Origin: Picochlorum sp. SENEW3
Lineage: Eukaryota
Length of the DNA: 64,000 bases
Direction: 5' to 3'
Assembly: GCA_034226945.1 (NCBI GenBank)
Contig: CP120460.1
Location: 558,001-622,000 of the forward strand
This document shows positions 10,557-20,954 of the stretch, piece by piece. Numbering within the stretch: position 1 is the stretch's first letter; each line of letters starts with the position of its first letter. A program made the position numbers and the translations under genes. A model generated the notes under the pieces. That model made no database searches and was not told the DNA's origin. It worked only from the letters and a program-made list of their open reading frames with translations.

Positions 10557-13029
10557 ATGGGAATACCAGGCTTTTCGACGTGGCTGAGGCAGAGGTATCC
10601 AGAGGCATTTGAAGACCCAAAATCCTCTCGTCGCCATGATGCCGTGTATGTGTACTATCTTCACTCCGATAGCATCTGTTATGATTTGGATGTATCTCAT
10701 GAGTTATTTGCATCTGTATTGCAGGTATATTGACCTGGCCTCCACGCTGCATACTGTGACACGAAAAGCATACTCTCGGAATGCTTTTCATATGCTGCTT
10801 CATAAGCGTTTGGATGAGCTGATTGATTCATTGCAGCCTCAAAAGAGAGTTGTGATTGCTATGGATGGTCCAGCTCCGCTTGCAAAGTTGCTGGAACAGA
10901 GAAGAAGGAGGAAGAAGGAGGCTGATAAGACGTTTGAGGATGATGCTGATAATGCTGGGCCAATTAGGTTGAGTCATCAGCATAGAGGGGGGAGAAAGGA
11001 ATCTCCAAATAGAGTATCATCGTTATTCCTGACGACTGGGACATTGTTTATGCTTGAAGTGCACAATTCTTTGATGTGTTATATTATCAAGAGGTTGGGT
11101 GATCCCAAGTATGAGCATTTGGAGTATGAGTTTTCTGATTCGACTGTGAAAGGGGAAGGCGAATTGAAAATTGTGAGTCGTTTGATTCAAAGTGATGATG
11201 TGGATATGTCTCATGCGGTTGTTGGGGCAGATTCTGATTTGTTGCTGATGACCATGATTGCATTCAAGCCTCAGGTGTTTGTGGTTGATGATTTGCCAAA
11301 GAAAAAGCCGAGCAAGGGTAAGAAGGCTCCACGGCATAAAAAGCCTAAAATATTCAAATCGAATACGCTTGCGGAGATTTGGAAAAAGTCATTGTTGCCT
11401 GAAGATCCTGGGAGGGATGATGTGTCTGGTTTGGCTCGGGATTTGACACTTCTTGCTATTCTCTCGAGTGGGAATGATTATTTGCCGGGATGTCAGGGAC
11501 TCACGTTGAAAGATAACTCACGTCCCGGGATTTGGAATTTATACTTGGATATGAGACGTCAGCCAGAATGGATGGGGCAAAACTTGACCCGCCTGGTTCC
11601 TGTTGGAGATGCGCAAGGACCTGTGTTGAACAAGCATGGAAAGCTAGATTCGCTGCCGCCCCCAAGCGTTCAGGTGAAATTAAACGAAAATATGGTTGCT
11701 GCATTGTTGTCGCGCAGTCTGGAACAGAAGTATGCGTCGATTCCGGGTGATAGGAGGAAAAATTTTAGTGATATTAGTGGTAATTGGACGTTTGGTTTGA
11801 AGCATTTGGATAGAAAGAAGATGCAGGCAAGTTTGGACGCTCAACCTACTCCACAGTTATTGATGCGAAAACCTGCTGATTCTGCTGCGTATATCAAGGG
11901 GATAGAGTGGACGTTGACCATGTATTCTACAGGTGGTATTGATGATTATAGGTATTCGTATCCTGCAGCGCCACCGACAGTGACCAATCTTGTACACTAC
12001 CTTGAGAGTAAATCGACGGCTATCAATGATGACAAAGAAGAAAACCAAGGAGGCGTTTTCGTGTCTGGCACAAAGGGACTCAGTTTTCATGAACTAGCAG
12101 CGTTGCAGCCTCTTCTCCCGGCAGCATGTGCGTTAGCACTTCTTCCAGCACGCAGCAGAAATCAGGCTGCTTCAGCCCTTCGACACCTTATGGACGCTGA
12201 TTCCCCTGTGGCTGAAATTTATGCGGTGTGTAAGGAATGTCAGAGGTTAGCTCGGAGTATACGGGAAGCAAATGCAGAGCTTGAAGAAGTCAGAAAGGAA
12301 CTTGGGGATTTGCAACATAAGTTGAGTTCTGTTGGACTTGATTCGGAGAGTGCTATTGAGGCTGATAGTGATTTGGCGGCAGCATTGGAGAAGTGGGAGG
12401 CAGCAGGAGAGCCTTTGAGGGACCTTTTGCGTGATTTGTCGAGATCTCATCATAAGCATGTGATGGAATCCCACCCATACAAGCCTTTCCCAACAGAAGA
12501 ACTGGAGGAGGCTATGTTGGCCGTTCCTGTAAGCAAGTACCCGTATTGGGAGAGGCAGTTGACGAAATTTGGCAGGGAAATTGTGTACAAGAAAACAGAT
12601 GAGGATAGCTCACTTAATGACCAACACAATCAAAAATGGATGAAAGACTGTTTGCGGTTTGCAAAGGCATACCCCAAAGTAGCAGATGAAGAGCACATTT
12701 CCGAAATCGGAAAGACAATCGGCAGGCATGTTGTTCCGTTGCATCCCTACATGCAGCCAGGGGGATCCATGCGACTCCCACCCAAAAGGGCTTTTAGCAC
12801 GTCAACACCAGCAGCGCCCATGGGTGGTATCGATAGGGTCCCATTTGTCCAGCATAGCATCGTGCAACGCTCTACTAATGCTTCTCCCAGTATGTTGCTC
12901 CGCTCGGGTGGGATGCAGAGTTGCGAAAGGATGAGGGCACGGATTGCTTCAGGACCACGGCAACATCTTCTGCTGTCATGTGCTGCTGTGATTGCTCAAC
13001 GAATTTCATTCTTCAAAAGAATTGCTTAA
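10557..13029 (+). CDS. XRN-family 5'-3' exoribonuclease; model join(10557..10645,10725..13029)
   Basis: Rebuilt N-terminus MGIPGFSTWL matches the XRN start (MGVPxFFRWL). Intron 10646-10724 (GTATGT...TTGCAG) joins in frame to 'VYIDLASTLH'. Motifs 'IAMDGPAPLAKLLEQRRRR', 'GEGELKI', 'GADSDLL', 'GNDYLP'. Confidence 0.88.
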
Positions 13030-13110
13030 TACGTTACATAATATTGAGTATTCTTGTTTATTTGAACATACATATCATTGTCCGGGTAAATATTTGACTG
13101 GTACAATAGA

Positions 13111-15537
13111 TCACTCTGGAACTGAGAGGCCACTGCTCACAGAAGTTCTTGTAGCCAAACTCATTCGTGCGACACGAAGCGCGGCTTGTGCTGCCGGAGA
13201 GGGCCTTCCTTGATGCGAAGCATCCGTAGAACAGCTCGCCGCTGCAAGTGCCGCTGCCGCCGCTGCAGAGCCAGGTGCTGATGCTTGAGCCCAATCAACA
13301 AGCCTGCTAATCTCACCCACCATTCTCTTATACTTGGCAACAGAAGCCTTTTCTGCAGCCAACTTTTCTTCACAGCCCTCAACCTTTTTCATAGATTCTT
13401 CATACATTGATTTTAATCGGCTTGATTCTTCTTTGAGTTGAGCCTCCCTTTCAGAGGCATCCAGAGATTTCTGCTCCATTGCCACCTTTAGCCTCTCAAT
13501 CTCACCAAGATGCTCTTGCACTTGTTTGGACAATCTTTCTCGGGTTGACTTTTCCTGGAGCGCTTCATCCTCCATCACCTTTAGATTGAATTTGTACGTA
13601 TCCGCTTCTGATTTCCATTGCGATGATGTCTTTTCCAATTCTGCTATTTTATTCCCAAGCACAGCCACCTCAGCCTGTACATCACGCATGCCGTTTTTCA
13701 ACTGCTCTACCTTTTTCTTTTCTGATTCTAGATCACGTGCATGTGCTACCTCTGCTCGTCTCATCTGCTCTACCAAATCTGCATGCTCTTTCGCCGATTC
13801 TTCCTTCATCTTTTCCATTTCCTCAGCCATTGCATCTCTTTCACGTTCAACTGCATCCGAGTTCTCCAATCGTTCCAGCAAATTCCCAATCTCCTTTTGT
13901 AAAGACGAATTTTCTTCCTCCAGCGATTCAAACGCATTGCTGAGACTCACATTGCTCGCCCTCAAGGTGCTAGCTTCCTGTGTAGCCCGTGCTGCAGATG
14001 CCTTGCTTTCCACAAGCTCTCTCTGAATGATGGACTGCTCAGCCCTCAAAGCAGTAATGACCGAGCTATTCTGATCAAACAACATTTTAATCTGTTCTAA
14101 TTCACGTTCCAGCGATTCCACAGCACTTTCGGCCACCCCTTTACTATTCTTTGCCTCCAATGCAGCAACCAAGCGTGCATTTTCAGCCTGCAATGCCTTG
14201 ACATCTGTTCCCACATCCTCATTCACGACCGCTCGACACTTGATCTTTTTTGCTCCAGCTGCAAACGCCAATGTACAATATGTCTCTGCACTGGACTCTG
14301 CAGCTGGCGTCACCGTTGCAACTACTGCAGTTTTTGAATTCCCTCCCAGGCTTTCTTGCAACAAAAACGTCAACCTAGAATCTCTGTACGGCACATGAAC
14401 AGAACTCTTCCGTTGCCGCTCCACCAACGCCGATATCACTCTTCCCAACACGGTCAGACTCTTATTAATAGAACGAGCTTCTGTCAACTGCTCCCCAGTC
14501 ACGCCACTGCGTGTCACACGCTCACTCCCTGCCAAATCTATCAAATTCAACTTTGAAAACTTCACATTCGTCAACCCATTAGGAAGCCTTTGATGCGCCT
14601 CAATAGTAGCAGTAAATACAGAGTGAGATCTGGACGATCGATCATTCATCCTCGTTGCTGCAATGGATCTATTCTGGGAACCAGCCTGAATAAGCTTCAA
14701 CACATCATCTGCATTCAACACTTCATTCTCCGACAAACCCTGCACATACACCCCTCGCTTCTCATCTCCATCTCGAATCTGTAATCCTGTCAACGAAGGA
14801 TCAAGCAAATCAGTAATTTCCTCGTTATAAATCTCCAGAAAAGAGCATTTCACAGAATACCTCACACTCTCTCCTGCATCCTTTCCTTGAGATTTACACT
14901 CCCCCTCCCTCTCCTCAATAGCAGCAAACAACGCATCAAATACTCTAGGAATCAAACCAGCCTCTCTATCCAACTCTCCCGTCTCGGCATCCCAGCAACT
15001 ACTCCCCATCATGGTATGCGTTTTTCCACTCCCAGTCTGACCATAGGCAAATATCGTAGAATTAAACCCATCCATGCAGTGATCCACCATCGGCCACCCA
15101 ACCACATGAAACATATCTTCCTGACTCGCATCCATACCCATGGCATGATCCACCCGCACAGCATACGGCTCCCTTCCATTCAAATCATGCAGCACAACCC
15201 CAGCATGGTCCTCTTCACCAAACAACTCCACCACGTTATCACCGCGCCCCTCCCCTTCAATACGAGGCCTCACTCTCACCACAACCTTGACCGATGTACT
15301 AGCACTAGAATCAGAACTCGTATTCGAAGAATATGACACCCGTGGAGACGCATGACCAAGTGCCTTTTTCTGCCCCTGCCTCAGGGAGGAGACGACAACA
15401 TTCTCGTTCAAATTCTCCTTGACACTTTCACGAGGACTCCCATCGTGTCTTGGAATTTTACTACCCAGTCTATGTACATCACGAGATGCACACTGAGAAA
15501 GCCTGCTTGGCTTGGATACCTCGTCCTCTGTTCCCAT
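13111..15537 (-). CDS. Kinesin motor protein with C-terminal coiled coil (kinesin-12-like)
   Basis: P-loop 'FAYGQTGSGKT', switch I 'SSRSHSVF', switch II 'LIDLAGSER', 'HVPYRDSRLTFLLQESLGGNSKT'. First ATG (MGTED) at 15537. Subfamily is inferred. Confidence 0.93.
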   Translation of the reverse strand: MGTEDEVSKPSRLSQCASRDVHRLGSKIPRHDGSPRESVKENLNENVVVSSLRQGQKKALGHASPRVSYSSNTSSDSSASTSVKVVVRVRPRIEGEGRGDNVVELFGEEDHAGVVLHDLNGREPYAVRVDHAMGMDASQEDMFHVVGWPMVDHCMDGFNSTIFAYGQTGSGKTHTMMGSSCWDAETGELDREAGLIPRVFDALFAAIEEREGECKSQGKDAGESVRYSVKCSFLEIYNEEITDLLDPSLTGLQIRDGDEKRGVYVQGLSENEVLNADDVLKLIQAGSQNRSIAATRMNDRSSRSHSVFTATIEAHQRLPNGLTNVKFSKLNLIDLAGSERVTRSGVTGEQLTEARSINKSLTVLGRVISALVERQRKSSVHVPYRDSRLTFLLQESLGGNSKTAVVATVTPAAESSAETYCTLAFAAGAKKIKCRAVVNEDVGTDVKALQAENARLVAALEAKNSKGVAESAVESLERELEQIKMLFDQNSSVITALRAEQSIIQRELVESKASAARATQEASTLRASNVSLSNAFESLEEENSSLQKEIGNLLERLENSDAVERERDAMAEEMEKMKEESAKEHADLVEQMRRAEVAHARDLESEKKKVEQLKNGMRDVQAEVAVLGNKIAELEKTSSQWKSEADTYKFNLKVMEDEALQEKSTRERLSKQVQEHLGEIERLKVAMEQKSLDASEREAQLKEESSRLKSMYEESMKKVEGCEEKLAAEKASVAKYKRMVGEISRLVDWAQASAPGSAAAAAALAAASCSTDASHQGRPSPAAQAALRVARMSLATRTSVSSGLSVPE

Positions 15538-16536
15538 GGTTGTTGGCGAGTGAAATACAAACAGCCGGCTCTCGTTAGAAATGGATTGCGCACAGATCAC
15601 TATCGATTCAACCCTTTAGGTAGTATTATTAAAGATGAAAATACCCGTGATATTAGGATTCTGAGGCAACAACCGAATCCAAACAACAACGGCAACTGGA
15701 ACTAACAACAACAACAATATTCGCCGTCGATTCTCACGAGTCAGATACAAACATGGTTTACTTGATTTTTTGTTTTCATTCGAGTCGGTATAGCACACCA
15801 ATGGTATGCTGTGTAGGCTAAAGGGTGATTTGATCACATTTGGAGACGAACAGATTTTACTCGATCAACCACGTGGCTGGGTGGGTCATGACCTCCTTGA
15901 ATGAAAGGAGGCAAATTTGCCTGCATCACTCAAGTTGAGGCCAGAAGAAGCAGGATCGCATCGCATCTACGGTCAAGGGGCACTGTTTCTTACACAAGCA
16001 TAGTACATGAATGAGCATGAAATACACAAACAGACATTCATCGTGCACGTGTGCCCACACAAGCAAGCAGGCAGGGGCCCTCCATCACTTCCCTTTAGAC
16101 ATTATATGGAACAGCGCAGCATCCTCCTGGTATGGCGTCGTCGAAATAGTTGCGTACGCAGAGGCCCAATGCTCTTTATAGATAGTAAGAAAGCACAGAG
16201 AGATGTGACGATTTATGGCATCGATTACCACTTTTTTCAGGATGGCCATTGTCCTGCACCACTGGTGGTAGGAAGGAAGGAGAGGAATATAAATGTCCTC
16301 ATCTTCCATCAGTGTTGTACCTTGGGTACATACGCTGGTTTATAATGATCACACTTAATCACGCAAGTTGATGCAAAGTAGACTTACAAAAATCGGTATA
16401 TATTTTCTGTACTATGCATGAATGCATTGGCTGGTAGACTCTTCATTGATTGCTGTCACAAGAGACAGATCTGATCTAGATCAGGTTATGACGACGACGA
16501 CGACGAGTACAGGACAGATCCGCAAGCTATTATTGA

Positions 16537-16989
16537 CTAGAACATGAACATGGAAGCCATCATGATGACGATGAGCATCGTAATCTTCCCTATATCTACA
16601 CTCTTCTTGCCACCACTTTTTGCGGTGTCTGGTAGATCGGATGCCACCGCATCCCCTTCAAAAGTCTTTGATTTTGGGCAAAGCGTGGCTACACGACGTT
16701 GTGTTCCTCCGAAAAACTCAGCAAGACTAGTACTCTTCCCGTAGATATAGCAGCAGCTCCCATCATCTGAACGTATGTAGGAGTAATCCGTTGGTTTATT
16801 GCCATCATCAATCGACTCGTTATTATTCCAGCACTCCTCTGGAGTACACTCAAGTTGTGTGTTTCCATCGAAACCGGGTGCATTGCATGCCCCACGAACT
16901 GGCCCAACAAACGCGCAGAGCACCAGCAGCGCAGTGCAGCACCGGAAAAGATTCCAACCTTTCCAACCGTGAGACAGGGTGACATTCAT
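16537..16989 (-). CDS. Small Cys-rich secreted/surface protein with C-terminal hydrophobic tail (possible GPI or TM anchor)
   Basis: Signal-like 'CCTALLVLCAFVGPVRG-AC', six Cys in the mature region, hydrophobic end 'ITMLIVIMMASMFMF'. Confidence 0.6.
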   Translation of the reverse strand: MNVTLSHGWKGWNLFRCCTALLVLCAFVGPVRGACNAPGFDGNTQLECTPEECWNNNESIDDGNKPTDYSYIRSDDGSCCYIYGKSTSLAEFFGGTQRRVATLCPKSKTFEGDAVASDLPDTAKSGGKKSVDIGKITMLIVIMMASMFMF

Positions 16990-17289
16990 GTTGCTTCTGT
17001 TTATGCTGATAAAATTGTAATATAGGCTTGGTAAAATATGTTGTATCGATAGAAAGATTACCTCTTTATCAAAGTATTACGGGCATGCCGTTGCTAGATG
17101 TGCGTGAGCGTTTATGCAAACAAGATGACGCCGGCGTCCTCATCGCATATGCGATGCATCATGAATGGCCCCATGGCCATGGGATCCAATGGGCAGTGTA
17201 GCTGATAGCGGCACATTCCCGAGTTAATATGCAAAATTCTCCACCGCCTTGCATCTGTCAAAATTCATCTCCAAACTGTTGGCCACTCT

Positions 17290-18240
17290 GTAATAATGTC
17301 CTGTTGAAAAAGTGTACCCGGCCGAGCGGAAGGTATTGACTTCCATAAACCTTTCTTCATTCAGGCCTACTGAATGATAGAACTCGTATTTCTTCCTGAA
17401 GCTGTCGCACTGATCCTACAGCGCTCCGCCACTAAACTCATTCACATCCATTGCACAATCAATCAATAGATCTAATTCAGCAGCCTATGTGGCTCTGATT
17501 CTCAATTACCCATGGCTGAGGCCTAAATAATGCACACTGGATGCAGCCCTCTGGTTTGGGCAATGGAGCTGCTTGCACCGCATTCGCCTTGTGCAATGGG
17601 GATCCCTGAGGTACACAATGCAGTCTTTATCATACACCTTATCTTCCCAACGGTACCGCAGACCGCAGAGGCACTTTTTTTGTCGGAATACAATGCTGGA
17701 ATTCTCTGCCAAACCACAGTTCAGGTTCCTCAACTGGGTTTGGACCAAACCCATGCGTTGCCATCCTCACCACACCTTTTCTTATGTCTTCTGTGTATGA
17801 AAATGGTATTGAGTGCCGACTGGCAGGCTCCTGTAGCAGATGCTCTTTCTCCTCCCCCTCCTCCAGAGTGCCTTCATCTCCACTGTCAGAGTCATCAAGG
17901 GGCGATATACGATACTCAGCGCATATTTGATGCACACGTCTGCAGTGCAGTCCATTCCCGCCCTGAAGGCAGACAAAACAGCCATCTGCAGAATAGCCTG
18001 CAGTTTGCCCATCATTCCTACTGATCCTGTAAATACCGTCTGGATGCCCGAAGTCCATTTGGCGAAACCTCTCGATATTGACTTGAATATGTCGAATATG
18101 TATGCTGGTGGATATGCACCAGCTCTGCCGGAATTCATCGCAGGAGCATGCGTAGTCATGTAAACTCAACTAATATTCCATGGTGCACAGCAATCTTTGA
18201 GCATCCTGCTACGTCTTCAATCATCTGCATGACAACAGCC
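17290..18240 (-). pseudogene. Degenerate SWIM + CxC cysteine-cluster coding relic, resembling the N-terminal half of a KDZ/Zisupton-type transposase
   Basis: SWIM-like 'YACSCDEFRQSWC...IHIRHI'. After removing one base in the T7 run at 17675-17681 the frame reads 'CIPTKKCLCG..W.....DCIVY......R....LHCPN......HYLG...G*L....*..ELDLL.D...FMEVNTFRSA', with in-frame stops at 17508, 17487 and 17418. Family call is by pattern memory only. Confidence 0.5.
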
Positions 18241-18652
18241 ATTCACTCATGATGGCTGCCAAGCCATATGAAAGTTGGATATAGGAGATTGGGACAGAAG
18301 ATAGGAGTTTCTGCTGCTCCCTAGGATCCACACGACAGATACTCATTGTCACTGCAAGACACGTGATTGTTCAGAGGAATATCGAGGCCATTGCTTGGGA
18401 AATCTGATCTCGCGTATGACCAGCTCATACCATGGAAGGAATTTGAGCATTGTACAGGTAACTGTTTGTCAATCAGATTTGAGTAAAGAGATGCTCTCGT
18501 CGGCCTACAGAGGTGGTGAACAAGTACCAACAAGCCCCTCTGGCAGAGGTTGGTCTTTCTTGGATTTGAATCCCTTGAGATCAGTTTTTTTTGTAAAATC
18601 CGGATCGGTCACTTGCCATACATGGTCTCCCCACTCTTAATTAATTTTTTTA

Positions 18653-19678
18653 ATGCAATATATGCAGCCATCAGTCGATAGAAAAGAGACTCTTGAGATG
18701 GCATTCGGTTGTGGTCACACATGTTGGCGACATGGCATCATGTGCCATGCGAATACTTCTCGCATGACCGTTCTACAGCCACATCAGCGGGATCAACGAT
18801 CCCGAGTACATGTATCACATAGAGAAAATCATAGGGAGCCACAGGAGGGAACCACGTGTGACCACTATCAATTCATACACAGGAGGAACCTCCTGGTGAT
18901 GATGGCGTCTTTCGTGCCTGCTGCACAGTACGCAAAGCAGGCTCACAGTATGCCAGGGCTTCGATACATGACGGATGACGAGTATCGCATCGTGATGGAA
19001 GCGATGAATCGTTGTATACCACCGATTAAATGTCCATTGATGCTCAGGCTTGTCTTTCATGATTCTGCCACATACAGAGTCAGCACCAATGATGGTGGAC
19101 CTAATGGGTCTATTCAATTTGAGACGGATAGGCCAGAGAATTTTGGGTTGAAGAGAGGCGTGAATGTGATCCGCCAGCTGCAGGAAGAGGTGAAAGGGAC
19201 ACCATTGTCCTTTGCAGATTTGATTGCCCTTAGTGGGGCCTACGCTGTGTATCGCACAAAGGGTCCTGATATGATACGAAAGATACGTATTGGGAGGAAA
19301 GATGCGACTGCGCCGGATCCAGAGGGGCGTATGCCGGAGGAAACATTCTCAGCGCCAGAGCAGCTTGCTGCCTTTGAATCCATGGGATTTGGGCCAACAG
19401 ACATGGTGGCGCTGCTGGGATCCCATACGCTCGGAAATAAGGGGTTTGGAGAACCGCTATTGTTTGATAACACGTATTATACGTCTTTGTTAAAGAAGCC
19501 ATGGGAGAATAGCAAGGATCCCATGGCATCCATGATTGGTCTCCAGTCTGATAGAGTGCTTCCTGATGATGCAACATTGCGGCCTATTATACAACGGTTT
19601 GCGGACGACAACGACGCATTTTTACACAATTTTACACAATCATATATACATTTGACTGAATTAGGGTATTCAATGTAA
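18653..19678 (+). CDS. Ascorbate-peroxidase-related class I heme peroxidase (APx-R/APX6-like), probably plastid-targeted
   Basis: Distal motif 'LRLVFHD', 'GGPNGSI.FE..RPENFGLKRG', 'LSFADLIALSGA', proximal 'ALLGSHTLGNKGFG', 'FDNTYY..LLKKPW'. Confidence 0.88.
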   Translation: MQYMQPSVDRKETLEMAFGCGHTCWRHGIMCHANTSRMTVLQPHQRDQRSRVHVSHRENHREPQEGTTCDHYQFIHRRNLLVMMASFVPAAQYAKQAHSMPGLRYMTDDEYRIVMEAMNRCIPPIKCPLMLRLVFHDSATYRVSTNDGGPNGSIQFETDRPENFGLKRGVNVIRQLQEEVKGTPLSFADLIALSGAYAVYRTKGPDMIRKIRIGRKDATAPDPEGRMPEETFSAPEQLAAFESMGFGPTDMVALLGSHTLGNKGFGEPLLFDNTYYTSLLKKPWENSKDPMASMIGLQSDRVLPDDATLRPIIQRFADDNDAFLHNFTQSYIHLTELGYSM

Positions 19679-19728
19679 ATGTATACACCATGTGTGTGTA
19701 TGGTATTTTTCGGAGGGTCAAAAGAAGA

Positions 19729-20947
19729 TTATGCTTGTTGTTGGGGAAACGGAACACCCAATTCCATCAACTTGGAGAATGCCTTGGAGAAATCTTCACG
19801 GAACTTGTCCTCATCTTTTGCGTACAAATCGACATACTTTCTAAACTTTCTGTCCCAGATGAGAGCCATATCCGTGGGAAGCATCATCAGCGTGCCACTC
19901 TTATCTTCATATTGCTCTGGACCATCCCACTTTTTCTTTCTCCATTTATTCTCCTTTAATTCCACAAAGTATTGATTCGAAAACGTTGTCGGGGCATTCG
20001 TCCATGGCCCATCCCATCCAGACCTATCTGGATGGCATCTACCCAAAGCATGTGCTCCAACGAGAGCCACAATCTCCTGGTCATCGAATCCCATTCGGTA
20101 AAAGATATCCCTGATATGATCCGATCCTTTATCTCCATCTGGTAGTCGACCGTCAGGAAGAGGAACGTGCGTCGCCTCGTCCTTATCAGATCGCCCAGGC
20201 CTCCATGGAATCTCAGGTCCACCCATCTCCTCAATGGCAGTTGCTCCAGCAAGCGTCCACAAATCAGCATATGAAATCCAACCAAACTTCTTCTTCACTG
20301 GCTCAAGCAAGTCACGTGCAACCTTCAGACCAGCATTCGCCCCCCATGCCGATTCAGGTGCAAACCTCATGGTTGCTCCATTGGACCCCCCAGTCCCAGT
20401 TGCCTTGTCATATGTCCCAGATGTATGCCATGCAAGCCTCACCAACAGAGGACCATATGAACCATCATCATAGTCATCATGATCCAAAAGATCAGCAATC
20501 GCCTTCTTCACCTGTACATAATCCTCCGGAGTAATCTCCTTGGCAGATGGTGGCATCCCCAGCAAGCTGTCCAGATATCCCTGTTCCTTGGCAAAATACA
20601 ACCCAGCCCCGGCACCAAGCAGACCGATCAAAAAGGTTCCTCCTCCTCCTCCTCCCTGCAATATATTTGATAGTAACAGCGAAATCAACCATCAACAGTG
20701 ATTATGAGGCGGAATGGATTGTTCAATTGTTTTTTTTCATGTCGCGTCATTGGAAGAAAGAAATACCTCCTGCTGAGCCAATCTCCCACAGAGAGATGAA
20801 ACCCTAATTATGAATACAATATCGAATGAAACGTACCCCACTTGGCTTGGATGACCCAGCTTCCGTGGCATATCCACGAAGCACACGTGGCACCAACTGT
20901 GCGGAAGAGATCTTCTTCGACTGTTGTACAAGCAACGCACGAAACAT
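19729..20947 (-). CDS. CCP1: Mitochondrial cytochrome c peroxidase; model complement(join(19729..20655,20837..20947))
   Basis: '[22 protein letters not shown]', 'GAHALGRCH...SG.DGPWT', 'LMMLPTD'. The ORF track lacks the start. Exon 1 from ATG 20947 encodes a mitochondrial presequence ([30 protein letters not shown]). Phase-0 intron 20656-20836 (GTACGT...TTGCAG) joins it to the Gly-rich TM segment. Confidence 0.92.
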
Positions 20948-20949
20948 TA

Positions 20950-20954
20950 TTACA
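20950..20954 (-). promoter_or_regulatory. TGTAA chlorophyte-type polyadenylation signal overlapping the hydrolase stop codon
   Basis: Minus strand TTG-TAA. UGUAA is the established chlorophyte poly(A) signal; use at this site is inferred. Confidence 0.5.

Noticed and set aside
15909..15922. Palindrome AGGCAAATTTGCCT (core GGCAAATTTGCC also near 31190)
   Set aside because: Two short occurrences are not enough to call a regulatory site.
15800..16350. Short ORFs as a possible continuation of the transposase relic
   Set aside because: No recognisable catalytic motif could be reconstructed.
17416..17508. TAA/TAG reassigned to Gln in the CxC relic
   Set aside because: The relic also has frameshifts, and conserved neighbouring genes end at TAA/TAG normally.
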